A DNA stretch of 64,000 bases from Antedon mediterranea (Eukaryota; Animalia; Echinodermata). Numbering within the stretch: the stretch's first letter is position 1; every line of letters begins with the position of its first letter. Position numbers and translations under genes: made by a program. The DNA is taken from the NCBI RefSeq assembly GCF_964355755.1, contig NC_092679.1, positions 9,454,201 through 9,518,200 of the forward strand, in the 5' to 3' direction. The notes beneath the pieces are model-generated. The model saw only the letters and a program-made list of their open reading frames with translations, made no database searches and was not told where the DNA came from. Shown piece by piece: positions 14,701 through 30,500 of the stretch.

Positions 14701-17700
14701 TTTTTTCGAAAATCACAAAATGGTCTAAAACGTTTCCAAATGCGATTTGAAGCTATTCTGTACACTTTGATGTTTTGTGTGAAAATTTTCTGTCGAAATG
14801 CTCAAAATGGTCAAAAACGTTTTTAAATACGATATTAAGCTACTTTGTGCTCTTTGATGTTTTTGTGTGAAATGTTTTATCGAAATGCTCAAAATGGTCT
14901 AAAACGGTTTCTAATGTGATTTCAAGCACTTTGATGTTTTTGTGTAACCAAGTTTTTTGAAAAACACAAAATTGTCTAAAACGTCTCCAAATGCGATTTG
15001 AAGCTATTCTAAGCACTTTGGTGTTTTTATGTTAACAAGTTTTTTTGAAAATCACAAAATGGTCTAAAACGTCTCTAAATGCGATTTGAAGCTTTTCTGT
15101 ACAATTTGATGTTTTTATGTTAACAACTTTTTTCGAAAATCACAAAATGGTCTAAAACGTCTACAAATGCGATTTGAAGCTATTCTGTACACTTTGATGC
15201 TTTTATGTTAACAAGTTTTTTCGAAAATCACAAAATGGTCTAAAACGTTTCCAAATAAGATTTGAAGCTATTCTGTACACTTTGATGTTTTGTGTGAAAA
15301 TTTTCTGTCGAAATGCTCAAAATGGTCAAAAACGTTTTTAAATACGATATTAAGCTACTTTGTGCTCTTTGATGTTTTTGTGTGAAATGTTTTATCGAAA
15401 TGCTCAAAATGGTCTAAAACGGTTTCTAATGTGATTTCAAGCACTTTGATGTTTTTGTGTAACCAAGTTTTTTGAAAATCACAAAATTGTCTAAAACGTC
15501 TCCAAATGCGATTTGAAGCTATTCTAAGCACTTTGGTGTTTTTATGTTAACAAGTTTTTTTGAAAATCACAAAATGGTCTAAAACGTCTCTAAATGCGAT
15601 TTGAAGCTTTTCTGTACAATTTGATGTTTTTATGTTAACAACTTTTTTCGAAAATCACAAAATGGTCTAAAATGTCTCCAAATGCGATTTGAAGCTATTC
15701 TAAGCACTTTGGTGTTTTTATGTTAACAAGTTTTTTCGAAAATCACAAAATGGTCTAAAACGTCTCCAAATGCGATTTGAAGCTATTCTGTACACTTTGA
15801 TGTTTTTATGTTAACAAGTTTTTTCGAAAATCACAAAATGGTCTAAAACGTCTACAAATGCGATTTGAAGCTATTCTGTACACTTTGATGTTTTTATGTT
15901 AGCAAGTTTTTTCGAAAATCACAAAATGGTCTAAAACGTCTACAAATGCGATTTGTAGCTAATCTGTACACTTTGATGTTTTTATGTTAACAAGTTTTTT
16001 CGAAAATCACAAAAGGGTCTAAAATGTCTGTAAATGCGATTTGAAGCTATTTAAAGCACTTTGGTGTTTTTAGGTTAACAAGTTTTTTCGAAAATCACAA
16101 AATGGTCTAAAACGTCTACAAATGCGATTTGAAGCTATTCTAAGCACTTTTGTGTTTTTGTGTTAACAAGTTTTTCGAAAATCACAAAATGGTCTAAAAC
16201 GTTTCCAAATGCGATTTGAAGCTATTCTGTACACTTTGATGTTTTGTGTGAAAATTTTCTTTCGAAATGCTCAAAATGGTCAAAAACGTTTTTAAATACG
16301 ATATTAAGCTACTTTGTGCTCTTTGATGTTTTTGTGTGAAATGTTTTATCGAAATGCTCAAAATGGTCTAAAACGGTTTCTAATGTGATTTCAAGCACTT
16401 TGATGTTTTTGTGTAACCAAGTTTTTCGAAAATCACAAAATTGTCTAAAACGTCTCCAAATGCGATTTGAAGCTATTCTGTACACTTTGATGTTTTTATG
16501 TTAACAAGTTTTTCGAAAATCACAAAATGGTCTAAAACGTCTCCAAATGCGATTTGAAGCTATTCTGTACACTTTGATGTTTTTATGTTAACAAGTTTTT
16601 CGAAAATCACAAAATGGTCTAAAACGTCTCTAAATGCGATTTGAAGCTTTTCTGTACACTTTAATGTTTTTATGTTAACAACTTTTTTCGAAAATCACAA
16701 AATGGTCTAAAATGTCTCCAAATGCGATTTGAAGCTATTCTAAGCACTTTGATGTTTTTATGTTAACAAGTTTTTTCGAAAATCACAAAATGGTCTAAAA
16801 CGTCTACAAATGCGATTTGAAGCTATTCTAAGCACTTTTGTGTTTTTATGTTAACAAGTTTTTTTGAAAATCACAAAATGGTCTAAAACGTTTCAAAATG
16901 CGATTTGAAGCTTTTCTTTACACTTTGGTGTTTTTATGTTAACAAGTTTTTTCGAAAATCACAAAATGGTCTAAAACGTCTCCAAATGCGATTTGAAGCT
17001 ATTCTGTACACTTTGATGTTTTTATGTTAACAAGTTTTTTCGAAGATCACAAAATGGTCTAAAACGTCTACAAATGCAATTTGAAGCTATTCTAAGCACT
17101 TTTGTGTTTTTATGTTAACAAGTTTTTTTCGAAAATCACAAAATGGTCTAAAACGTCTGCAAATGCGATTTTAAACTATTCTTAGCACATTGGTGTTTTT
17201 ATTTAAACAAATTTTTTCGAAACTCACAAAATGGTCTAAAACGTCTCCAAATGCGATTTGAAGCTATTTTAAGCACTTTGGTGTTTTTGTGTTAACAAGT
17301 TTTTCGAAATGCTCAAAATGGTCTAAAACGTTTTTAAACACGATATTAAGCTATTTTGTGCTCTTTGATGTTTTTTTGTGAAAAGTTTTAGCAAAATGCT
17401 CAAAATGGTCTAAAACGATTTCTAATGTGATTTTAAGCACTTTGATGTTTTTATGTTAACTAGTTTTTTCGAAAATCACAAAATGGTCTAAAACGTCTCC
17501 AAATGCGATTTGAAGCTATTTTAAGCACTTAGGTGCTTTTGTGTAACCAAGTTTTTTTGAAAATCACAAAAGGGTCTAAAATGTCTCCAAATGTGATTTG
17601 AAGCTATTTTAAGCACTTTGGTGTTTTTGTGTTAACAAGTTTTTCGGAAATCACAAAATTGTCTAAAACGTCTCCAAATGCGATTTGAAGCTATTCTGTA

Positions 17701-20700
17701 CACTTTGATGTTTTTATGTTAACAAGTTTTTTAGAAAATCACAAAATGGTCTAAAACATCTCCAAATGCGATTTAAAGCTATTTTAAGCACTTTTGTGTT
17801 TTTATGTTAACAAGTTTTTTCGAAAATCACAAAATGGTCTAAAACGTCTCCAAATGCGATTTGAAGCTATTTTAAGCACTTTGGTGTTTTTGTGTTAACA
17901 AGTTTTTCGAAATGCTCAAAATGGTCTAAAACGTTTCCAAATGCGATTTGAAGCTATTCTGTACACTTTGATGTTTTGTGTGAAAATTTTCTGTCGAAAT
18001 GCTCAAAATGGTCAAAAACGTTTTTAAATACGATATTAAGCTACTTTGTGCTCTTTGATGTTTTTGTGTGAAATGTTTTATCGAAATGCTCAAAATGGTC
18101 TAAAACGGTTTCTAATGTGATTTCAAGCACTTTGATGTTTTTGTGTAACCAAGTTTTTCGAAAATCACAAAATTGTCTAAAACGTCTCCAAATGCGATTT
18201 GAAGCTATTCTGTACTCTTTGATGTTTTTATGTTAACAAGTTTTTCGAAAATCACAAAATGGTCTAAAACGTCTCCAAATGCGATTTTAAGCTATTCTAA
18301 GCACTTTGGTGTTTTTATGTTAACAAGTTTTTTTGAAATCACAAAATGGTCTAAAACGTCTCTAAATGAGATTTGAAGCTTTTCTGTACATTTTGATGTT
18401 TTTATGTTAACAAGTTTTTTCGAAAATCACAAAATGGTCTAAAATGTCTCCAAATGCGATTTGAAGCTATTCTAAGCACTTTGGTGTTTTTATGGAAACA
18501 ATTTTTTTCGAAAATCACAAAATGGTCTAAAACGTCTCCAAATGTGATTTGAAGCTATTCTGTACACTTTGATGTTTTTATGTTAGCAAGTTTTTTCGAA
18601 AATCACAAAATGGTCTAAAACGTCTACAAATGCGATTTGAAGCTAATCTGTACACTTTGATTTTTTTATGTTAACAAGTTTTTTCGAAAATCACAAAATG
18701 GTCTAAAACGTTTCCAAATGCGATTTGAAGCTATTCTGTACACTTTGATGTTTTGTGTGAAAATTTTCTGTCGAAATGCTCAAAATGGTCAAAAACGTTT
18801 TTAAATACGATATTAAGCTACTTTGTGCTCTTTGATGTTTTTGTGTGAAATGTTTTATCGAAATGCTCAAAATGGTCTAAAACGGTTTCTAATGTGATTT
18901 CAAGCACTTTGATGTTTTTGTGTAACCAAGTTTTTCGAAAATCACAAAATTGTCTAAAACGTCTCCAAATGCGATTTGAAGCTATTCTGTACACTTTGAT
19001 GTTTTTATGTTAACAAGTTTTTCGAAAATCACAAAATGGTCTAAAACGTCTCCAAATGCGATTTGAAGCTATTCTGTACACTTTGATGTTTTTATGTTAA
19101 CAAGTTTTTCGAAAATCACAAAATGGTCTAAAACGTCTCTAAATGCGATTTGAAGCTTTTCTGTACACTTTAATGTTTTTATGTTAACAACTTTTTTCGA
19201 AAATCACAAAATGGTCTAAATTTTCTCCAAATGCGATTTGAAGCTATTCTAAGCACTTTGATGTTTTTATGTTAACAAGTTTTTTCGAAAATCACAAAAT
19301 GGTCTAAAACGTCTCCAATAGCGATTTTAAGCTATTCTGTACACTTTGATGTTTTTATGTTAACAAGTTTTTCGAAAATCACAAAATGGTCTAAAACGTC
19401 TCCAAATGCGATTTTAAGCTATTCTAAGCACTTTGGTGTTTTTATGTTAACAAGTTTTTTTGAAAATCACAAAATGGTCTAAAACGTCTCTAAATGCGAT
19501 TTGAAGCTTTTCTGTACACTTTGATGTTTTTATGTTAACAACTTTTTTCGAAAATCACAAAATGGTCTAAAATGTCTCCAAATGCGATTTGAAGCTATTC
19601 TAAGCACTTTGGTGTTTTTATGGAAACAATTTTTTTCGAAAATCACAAAATGGTCTAAAACGTCTCCAATAGCGATTTGAAGCTTTTCTGTACACTTTGG
19701 TGTTTTTATGTTAACAAGTTTTTTCGAAAATCACAAAATGGTCTAAAACGTCTCCAAATGCGATTTGAAGCTAATCTGTACACTTTGATGTTTTTATGTT
19801 AACAAGTTTTTTCGAAAATCACAAAATGGTCTAAAACGTTTCAAAATGCGATTTGAAGCTTTTCTTTACACTTTGGTGTTTTTATGTTAACAAGTTTTTT
19901 CGAAAATCACAAAATGGTCTAAAACGTCTCCAAATGCGATTTGAAGCTATTCTGTACACTTTGATGTTTTTATGTTAACAAGTTTTTTCGAAGATCACAA
20001 AATGGTCTAAAACGTCTACAAATGCAATTTGAAGCTATTCTAAGCACTTTTGTGTTTTTATGTTAACAAGTTTTTTTCGAAAATCACAAAATGGTCTAAA
20101 ACGTCTGCAAATGCGATTTTAAACTATTCTTAGCACATTGGTGTTTTTATTTAAACAATTTTTTCGAAACTCACAAAATGGTCTAAAACGTCTCCAAATG
20201 CGATTTGAAGCTATTTTAAGCACTTTGGTGTTTTTGTGTTAACAAGTTTTTCGAAATGCTCAAAATGGTCTAAAACGTTTCCAAATGCGATTTGAAGCTA
20301 TTCTGTACACTTTGATGTTTTGTGTGAAAATTTTCTGTCGAAATGCTCAAAATGGTCAAAAACGTTTTTAAATACGATATTAAGCTACTTTGTGCTCTTT
20401 GATGTTTTTGTGTGAAATGTTTTATCGAAATGCTCAAAATGGTCTAAAACGGTTTCTAATGTGATTTCAAGCACTTTGATGTTTTTGTGTAACCAAGTTT
20501 TTCGAAAATCACAAAATTGTCTAAAACGTCTCCAAATGCGATTTGAAGCTATTCTGTACACTTTGATGTTTTTATGTTAAAAAGTTTTTCGAAAATCACA
20601 AAATGGTCTAAAACGTCTCCAAATGCGATTTTAAGCTATTCTAAGCACTTTGGTGTTTTTATGTTAACAAGTTTTTTTGAAAATCACAAAATGGTCTAAA

Positions 20701-23700
20701 ACGTCTCTAAATGCGATTTGAAGCTTTTCTGTACACTTTGGTGTTTTTATGGAAACAATTTTTTTCGAAAATCACAAAATGGTCTAAAATGTCTCCAAAT
20801 GCGATTTGAAGCTATTCTAAGCACTTTGATGTTTTTATGTTAACAAGTTTTTTCGAAAATCACAAAATGGTCTAAAACGTCTCCAATAGCGATTTTAAGC
20901 TATTCTGTACACTTTGATGTTTTTATGTTAACAACTTTTTTCGAAAATCACAAAATGGTCTAAAATGTCTCCAAATGCGATTTGAAGCTATTCTAAGCAC
21001 TTTGGTGTTTTTATGGAAACAATTTTTTTCGAAAATCACAAAATGGTCTAAAACGTCTCCAATAGCAATTTGAAGCTTTTCTTTACACTTTGGTGTTTTT
21101 ATGTTAACAAGTTTTTTCGAAAATCACAAAATGATCTAAAACGTCTCCAAATGCGATTTGAAGCTATTCTGTACACTTTGATGTTTTTATGTTAACAAGT
21201 TTTTTCGAAAATCACAAAATGTTCTAAAACGTCTACAAATGCAATTTGAAGCTATTCTAAGCACTTTTGTGTTTTTATGTTAACAAGTTTTTTCGAAAAT
21301 CACAAAATGGTCTAAAACGTCTGCAAATGCGATTTGAAATTATTCTTAGCACATTGGTGTTTTTATTTAAACAAATTTTTTCGAAACTCACAAAATGGTC
21401 TAAAACGTCTCCAAATGCGATTTGAAGCTATTTTAAGCACTTTGGTGTTTTTGTGTTAACAAGTTTTTCGAAATGCTCAAAATGGTCTAAAACGTTTTTA
21501 AACACGATATTAAGCTATTTTGTACTCTTTGATGTTTTTTTGTGAAAAGTTTTAGCAAAATGCTCAAAATGGTCTAAAACGATTTCTAATGTGATTTTAA
21601 GCACTTTGATGTTTTTATGTTAACTAGTTTTTTCGAAAATCACAAAATGGTCTAAAACGTCTCCAAATGCGATTTGAAGCTATTTTAAGCACTTAGGTGC
21701 TTTTGTGTAACCAAGTTTTTTTTGAAAATCACAAAAGGGTCTAAAATGTCTCCAAATGTGATTCGAAGCTATTTTAAGCACTTTGGTGTTTTTGTGTTAA
21801 CAAGTTTTTCGAAAATCACAAAATTGTCTAAAACGTCTCCAAATGCGATTTGAAGCTATTCTGTACACTTTGATGTTTTTATGTTAACAAGTTTTTCGAA
21901 AATCACAAAATGGTCTAAAACGTCTCCAAATGCGATTTGAAGCTATTCTGTACACTTTGATGTTTTTATGTTAACAAGTTTTTCGAAAATCACAAAATGG
22001 TCTAAAACGTCTCTAAATGCGATTTGAAGCTTTTCTGTACACTTTGATGTTTTTATGTTAACAACTTTTTTCGAAAATCACAAAATGGTCTAAAATGTCT
22101 CCAAATGCGATTTGAAGCTATTCTAAGCACTTTGATGTTTTTATGTTAACAAGTTTTTTCGAAAATCACAAAATGGTCTAAAACGTCTCCAATAGCGATT
22201 TTAAGCTATTCTGTACACTTTGATGTTTTTATGTTAACAACTTTTTTCGAAAATCACAAAATGGTCTAAAATGTCTCCAAATGCGATTTGAAGCTATTCT
22301 AAGCACTTTGGTGTTTTTATGGAAACAATTTTTTTCGAAAATCACAAAATGGTCTAAAACGTCTCCAATAGCAATTTGAAGCTTTTCTTTACACTTTGGT
22401 GTTTTTATGTTAACAAGTTTTTTCGAAAATCACAAAATGATCTAAAACGTCTCCAAATGCGATTTGAAGCTATTCTGTACACTTTGATGTTTTTATGTTA
22501 ACAAGTTTTTTCGAAAATCACAAAATGGTCTAAAACGTCTACAAATGCAATTTGAAGCTATTCTAAGCACTTTTGTGTTTTTATGTTAACAAGTTTTTTC
22601 GAAAATCACAAAATGGTCTAAAACGTCTGCAAATGCGATTTGAAACTATTCTTAGCACATTGGTGTTTTTATTTAAACAAATTTTTTCGAAACTCACAAA
22701 ATGGTCTAAAACGCCTCCAAATGCGATTTGAAGCTATTTTAAGCACTTTGGTGTTTTTGTGTTAACAAGTTTTTCGAAATGCTCAAAATGGTCTAAAACG
22801 TTTTTAAACACGATATTAAGCTATTTTGTACTCTTTGATGTTTTTTTGTGAAAAGTTTTAGCAAAATGCTCAAAATGGTCTAAAACGATTTCTAATGTGA
22901 TTTTAAGCACTTTGATGTTTTTATGTTAACTAGTTTTTTCGAAAATCACAAAATGGTCTAAAACGTCTCCAAATGCGATTTGAAGCTATTTTAAGCACTT
23001 AGGTGCTTTTGTGTAACCAAGTTTTTTTTGAAAATCACAAAAGGGTCTAAAATGTCTCCAAATGTGATTTGAAGCTATTTTAAGCACTTTGGTGTTTTTG
23101 TGTTAACAAGTTTTTCGAAAATCACAAAATTGTCTAAAACGTCTCCAAATGCGATTTCAAGCTATTCTGTACACTTTGATGTTTTTATGTTAACAAGTTT
23201 TTTAGAAAATCACAAAATGGTCTAAAACATCTCCAAATGCGATTTAAAGCTATTCTGTACACTTTGGTGTTTTTATGTTAACAAGTTTTTTCGAAAATCA
23301 CAAAATGGTCTAAAACGTCTCCAAATGCGATTTAAAGCTATTTTAAGCACTTTTGTGTTTTTGTGTAACCAAGTTTTTTCGAAAATCACAAAAGGGTCTA
23401 AAATGTCTGTAAATGCGATTTGAAGCTATTTAAAGCACTTTGGTGTTTTTAGGTTAACAAGTTTTTTCGAAAATCACAAAATGGTCTAAAACGTCTACAA
23501 ATGCGATTTGAAGCTATTCTAAGCACTTTGGTGTTTTTATGATAACAAGTTTTTTTGAAAATCACAAAATGGTCTAAAACGTCTCTAAATGCGATTTGAA
23601 GCTTTTCTGTACACTTTAATGTTTTTATGTTTAACAACTTTTTTCGAAAATCACAAAATGGTCTAAAATGTCTCCAAATGCGATTTGAAGCTATTCTAAG

Positions 23701-26700
23701 CACTTTGGTGTTTTTATGGAAACAATTTTTTTCGAAAATCACAAAATGGTCTAAAACGTCTCCAATAGCGATTTGAAGCTTTTCTGTACACTTTGGTGTT
23801 TTTATGTTAACAAGTTTTTTCGAAAATCACAAAATGGTCTAAAACGTCTCCAAATGCGATTTGAAGCTAATCTGTACACTTTGATGTTTTTATGTTAACA
23901 AGTTTTTTCGAAAATCACAAAATGGTCTAAAACGTTTCCAAATGCGATTTGAAGCTATTCTGTACACTTTGATGTTTTGTGTGAAAATTTTCTGTCGAAA
24001 TGCTCAAAATGGTCAAAAACGTTTTTAAATACGATATTAAGCTACTTTGTGCTCTTTGATGTTTTTGTGTGAAATGTTTTATCGAAATGCTCAAAATGGT
24101 CTAAAACGGTTTCTAATGTGATTTCAAGCACTTTGATGTTTTTGTGTAACCAAGTTTTTCGAAAATCACAAAATTGTCTAAAACGTCTCCAAATGCGATT
24201 TGAAGCTATTCTGTACACTTTGATGTTTTTATGTTAACAAGTTTTTTTGAAAATCACAAAATGGTCTAAAACGTCTCTAAATGCAATTTTAAGCTTTTCT
24301 GTACACTTTAATGTTTTTATGTTTAACAACTTTTTTCGAAAATCACAAAATGGTCTAAAATGTCTCCAAATGCGATTTGAAGCTATTCTAAGCACTTTGG
24401 AAACAATTTTTTTCGAAAATCACAAAATGGTCTAAAACGTCTCCAATAGCGATTTGAAGCTTTTCTGTACACTTTGGTGTTTTTATGTTAACAAGTTTTT
24501 TCGAAAATCACAAAATGGTCTAAAACGTCTCCAAATGCGATTTGAAGCTATTCTGTACACTTTGATGTTTTTATGTTAACAAGTTTTTTCGAAAATCACA
24601 AAATGGTCTAAAACGTCTACAAATGCGATTTGAAGCTATTCTGTACACTTTGATGCTTTTATGTTAACAAGTTTTTTCGAAAATCACAAAATGGTCTAAA
24701 ACGTTTCCAAATGCGATTTGAAGCTATTCTGTACACTTTGATGTTTTGTGTGAAAATTTTCTGTCGAAATGCTCAAAATGGTCAAAAACGTTTTTAAATA
24801 CGATATTAAGCTACTTTGTGCTCTTTGATGTTTTTGTGTGAAATGTTTTATCGAAATGCTCAAAATGGTCTAAAACGGTTTCTAATGTGATTTCAAGCAC
24901 TTTGATGTTTTTGTGTAACCAAGTTTTTTGAAAATCACAAAATTGTCTAAAACGTCTCCAAATGCGATTTGAAGCTATTCTAAGCACTTTGGTGTTTTTA
25001 TGTTAACAAGTTTTTTTGAAAATCACAAAATGGTCTAAAACGTCTCTAAATGCGATTTGAAGCTTTTCTGTACAATTTGATGTTTTTATGTTAACAACTT
25101 TTTTCGAAAATCACAAAATGGTCTAAAATGTCTCCAAATGCGATTTGAAGCTATTCTAAGCACTTTGATGTTTTTATGTTAACAAGTTTTTTCGAAAATC
25201 ACAAAATGGTCTAAAACGTCTACAAATGCGATTTGAAGCTAATCTGTACACTTTGATGTTTTTATGTTAACAAGTTTTTTCGAAAATCACAAAAGGGTCT
25301 AAAATGTCTGTAAATGCGATTTGAAGCTATTTAAAGCACTTTGGTGTTTTTAGGTTAAAAAGTTTTTTCGAAAATCACAAAATGGTCTAAAACGTCTACA
25401 AATGCGATTTGAAGCTATTCTAAGCACTTTTGTGTTTTTGTGTTAACAAGTTTTTCGAAAATCACAAAATGGTCTAAAACGTTTCCAAATGCGATTTGAA
25501 GCTATTCTGTACACTTTGATGTTTTGTGTGAAAATTTTCTTTCGAAATGCTCAAAATGGTCAAAAACGTTTTTAAATACGATATTAAGCTACTTTGTGCT
25601 CTTTGATGTTTTTGTGTGAAATGTTTTATCGAAATGCTCAAAATGGTCTAAAACGGTTTCTAATGTGATTTCAAGCACTTTGATGTTTTTGTGTAACCAA
25701 GTTTTTCGAAAATCACAAAATTGTCTCAAACGTCTCCAAATGCGATTTGAAGCTATTCTGTACACTTTGATGTTTTTATGTTAACAAGTTTTTCGAAAAT
25801 CACAAAATGGTCTAAAACGTCTCCAAATGCGATTTGAAGCTATTCTGTACACTTTGATGTTTTTATGTTAACAAGTTTTTCGAAAATCACAAAATGGTCT
25901 AAAACGTCTCTAAATGCGATTTGAAGCTTTTCTGTACACTTTAATGTTTTTATGTTAACAACTTTTTTCGAAAATCACAAAATGGTCTAAAATGTCTCCA
26001 AATGCGATTTGAAGCTATTCTAAGCACTTTGATGTTTTTATGTTAACAAGTTTTTTCGAAAATCACAAAATGGTCTAAAACGTCTACAAATGCGATTTGA
26101 AGCTATTCTAAGCACTTTTGTGTTTTTATGTTAACAAGTTTTTTCGAAAATCACAAAATGGTCTAAAACGTTTCAAAATGCGATTTGAAGCTTTTCTTTA
26201 CACTTTGGTGTTTTTATGTTAACAAGTTTTTTCGAAAATCACAAAATGGTCTAAAACGTCTCCAAATGCGATTTGAAGCTATTCTGTACACTTTGATGTT
26301 TTTATGTTAACAAGTTTTTTCGAAGATCACAAAATGGTCTAAAACGTCTACAAATGCAATTTGAAGCTATTCTAAGCACTTTTGTGTTTTTATGTTAACA
26401 AGTTTTTTTCGAAAATCACAAAATGGTCTAAAACGTCTGCAAATGCGATTTTAAACTATTCTTAGCACATTGGTGTTTTTATTTAAACAAATTTTTTCGA
26501 AACTCACAAAATGGTCTAAAACGTCTCCAAATGCGATTTGAAGCTATTTTAAGCACTTTGGTGTTTTTGTGTTAACAAGTTTTTCGAAATGCTCAAAATG
26601 GTCTAAAACGTTTTTAAACACGATATTAAGCTATTTTGTGCTCTTTGATGTTTTTTTGTGAAAAGTTTTAGCAAAATGCTCAAAATGGTCTAAAACGATT

Positions 26701-27519
26701 TCTAATGTGATTTTAAGCACTTTGATGTTTTTATGTTAACTAGTTTTTTCGAAAATCACAAAATGGTCTAAAACGTCTCCAAATGCGATTTGAAGCTATT
26801 TTAAGCACTTAGGTGCTTTTGTGTAACCAAGTTTTTTTGAAAATCACACAAGGGTCTAAAATGTCTCCAAATGTGATTTGAAGCTATTTTAAGCACTTTG
26901 GTGTTTTTGTGTTAACAAGTTTTTCGGAAATCACAAAATTGTCTAAAACGTCTCCAAATGCGATTTGAAGCTATTCTGTACACTTTGATGTTTTTATGTT
27001 AACAAGTTTTTTAGAAAATCACAAAATGGTCTAAAACATCTCCAAATGCGATTTAAAGCTATTTTAAGCACTTTGGTGTTTTTATGTTAACAAGTTTTTT
27101 CGAAAATCACAAAATGGTCTAAAACGTCTCCAAATGCGATTTGAAGCTATTTTAAGCACTTTGGTGTTTTTGTGTTAACAAGTTTTTCGAAATGCTCAAA
27201 ATGGTCTAAAACGTTTCCAAATGCGATTTGAAGCTATTCTGTACACTTTGATGTTTTGTGTGAAAATTTTCTGTCGAAATGCTCAAAATGGTCAAAAACG
27301 TTTTTAAATACGATATTAAGCTACTTTGTGCTCTTTGATGTTTTTGTGTGAAATGTTTTATCGAAATGCTCAAAATGGTCTAAAACGGTTTCTAATGTGA
27401 TTTCAAGCACTTTGATGTTTTTGTGTAACCAAGTTTTTCGAAAATCACAAAATTGTCTAAAACGTCTCCAAATGCGATTTGAAGCTATTCTGTACTCTTT
27501 GATTTTTTTATTTTAACAA

Positions 27520-30500
27520 GTTTTTCGAAAATCACAAAATGGTCTAAAACGTCTCCAAATGTGATTTGAAGCTATTCTGTACACTTTTATGTTTTTATGT
27601 TAGCAAGTTTTTTCGAAAATCACAAAATGGTCTAAAACGTCTACAAATGCGATTTGAAGCTAATCTGTACACTTTGATGTTTTTATGTTAACAAGTTTTT
27701 TCGAAAATCACAAAATGGTCTAAAACGTTTCCAAATGCGATTTGAAGCTATTCTGTACACTTTGATGTTTTGTGTGAAAATTTTCTGTCGAAATGCTCAA
27801 AATGGTCAAAAACGTTTTTAAATACGATATTAAGCTACTTTGTGCTCTTTGATGTTTTTGTGTGAAATGTTTTATCGAAATGCTCAAAATGGTCTAAAAC
27901 GGTTTCTAATGTGATTTCAAGCACTTTGATGTTTTTGTGTAACCAAGTTTTTCGAAAATCACAAAATTGTCTAAAACGTCTCCAAATGCGATTTGAAGCT
28001 ATTCTGTACACTTTGATGTTTTTATGTTAACAAGTTTTTCGAAAATCACAAAATGGTCTAAAACGTCTCCAAATGCGATTTGAAGCTATTCTGTACACTT
28101 TGATGTTTTTATGTTAACAAGTTTTTCGAAAATCACAAAATGGTCTAAAACGTCTCTAAATGCGATTTGAAGCTTTTCTGTACACTTTGATGTTTTTATG
28201 TTAACAACTTTTTTCGAAAATCACAAAATGGTCTAAAATGTCTCCAAATGCGATTTGAAGCTATTCTAAGCACTTTGATGTTTTTATGTTAACAAGTTTT
28301 TTCGAAAATCACAAAATGGTCTAAAACGTCTCCAATAGCGATTTTAAGCTATTCTGTACACTTTGATGTTTTTATGTTAACAACTTTTTTCGAAAATCAC
28401 AAAATGGTCTAAAATGTCTCCAAATGCGATTTGAAGCTATTCTAAGCACTTTGGTGTTTTTATGGAAACAATTTTTTTCGAAAATCACAAAATGGTCTAA
28501 AACGTCTCCAATAGCGATTTGAAGCTTTTCTTTACACTTTGGTGTTTTTATGTTAACAAGTTTTTTCGAAAATCACAAAATGGTCTAAAACGTCTCCAAA
28601 TGCGATTTGAAGCTATTCTGTACACTTTGATGTTTTTATGTTAACAAGTTTTTTCGAAAATCACAAAATGGTCTAAAACGTCTACAAATGCAATTTGAAG
28701 CTATTCTAAGCACTTTGATGTTTTTATGTTAACAAGTTTTTTCGAAAATCACAAAATGGTCTAAAACGTCTGCAAATGCAATTTGAAGCTATTCTAAGCA
28801 CTTTTGTGTTTTTATTTAAACAAATTTTTTCGAAACTCACAAAATGGTCTAAAACGTCTCCAAATGCGATTTGAAGCTATTTTAAGCACTTTGGTGTTTT
28901 TGTGTTAACAAGTTTTTCGAAATGCTCAAAATGGTCTAAAACGTTTTTAAACACGATATTAAGCTATTTTGTACTCTTTGATGTTTTTTTGTGAAAAGTT
29001 TTAGCAAAATGCTCAAAATGGTCTAAAACGATTTCTAATGTGATTTTAAGCACTTTGATGTTTTTATGTTAACTAGTTTTTTCGAAAATCACAAAATGGT
29101 CTAAAACGTCTCCAAATGCGATTTGAAGCTATTTTAAGCACTTAGGTGCTTTTGTATAACCAAGTTTTTTTTGAAAATCACAAAAGGGTCTAAAATGTCT
29201 CCAAATGTGATTTGAAGCTATTTTAAGCACTTTGGTGTTTTTGTGTTAACAAGTTTTTCGAAAATCACAAAATTGTCTAAAACGTCTCCAAATGCGATTT
29301 GAAGCTATTCTGTACACTTTGATGTTTTTATGTTAACAAGTTTTTTAGAAAATCATAAAATGGTCTAAAACATCTCCAAATGCGATTTAAAGCTATTCTG
29401 TACACTTTGGTGTTTTTATGTTAACAAGTTTTTTCGAAAATCACAAAATGGTCTAAAACGTCTCCAAATGCGATTTAAAGCTATTTTAAGCACTTTTGTG
29501 TTTTTGTGTAACCAAGTTTTTTCGAAAATCACAAAAGGGTCTAAAATGTCTGTAAATGCGATTTGAAGCTATTTAAAGCACTTTGGTGTTTTTAGGTTAA
29601 CAGGTTTTTTCGAAAATCACAAAATGGTCTAAAACGTCTACAAATGCGATTTGAAGCTATTCTAAGCACTTTGGTGTTTTTATGTTAACAAGTTTTTTTG
29701 AAAATCACAAAATGGTCTAAAACGTCTCTAAATGCGATTTGAAGCTTTTCTGTACACTTTAATGTTTTTATGTTTAACAACTTTTTTCGAAAATCACAAA
29801 ATGGTCTAAAACGTCTCCAATAGCGATTTGAAGCTTTTCTGTACACTTTGGTGTTTTTATGTTAACAAGTTTTTTCGAAAATCACAAAATGGTCTAAAAC
29901 GTCTCCAAATGCGATTTGAAGCTAATCTGTACACTTTGATGTTTTTATGTTAACAAGTTTTTTCGAAAATCACAAAATGGTCTAAAACGTTTCCAAATGC
30001 GATTTGAAGCTATTCTGTACACTTTGATGTTTTGTGTGAAAATTTTCTGTCGAAATGCTCAAAATGGTCAAAAACGTTTTTAAATACGATATTAAGCTAC
30101 TTTGTGCTCTTTGATGTTTTTGTGTGAAATGTTTTATCGAAATGCTCAAAATGGTCTAAAACGGTTTCTAATGTGATTTCAAGCACTTTGATGTTTTTGT
30201 GTAACCAAGTTTTTCGAAAATCACAAAATTGTCTAAAACGTCTCCAAATGCGATTTGAAGCTATTCTGTACACTTTGATGTTTTTATGTTGACAAGTTTT
30301 TTTGAAAATCACAAAATGGTCTAAAACGTCTCTAAATGCAATTTTAAGCTTTTCTGTACACTTTAATGTTTTTATGTTTAACAACTTTTTTCGAAAATCA
30401 CAAAATGGTCTAAAATGTCTCCAAATGCGATTTGAAGCTATTCTAAGCACTTTGGTGTTTTTATGGAAACAATTTTTTTCGAAAATCACAAAATGGTCTA

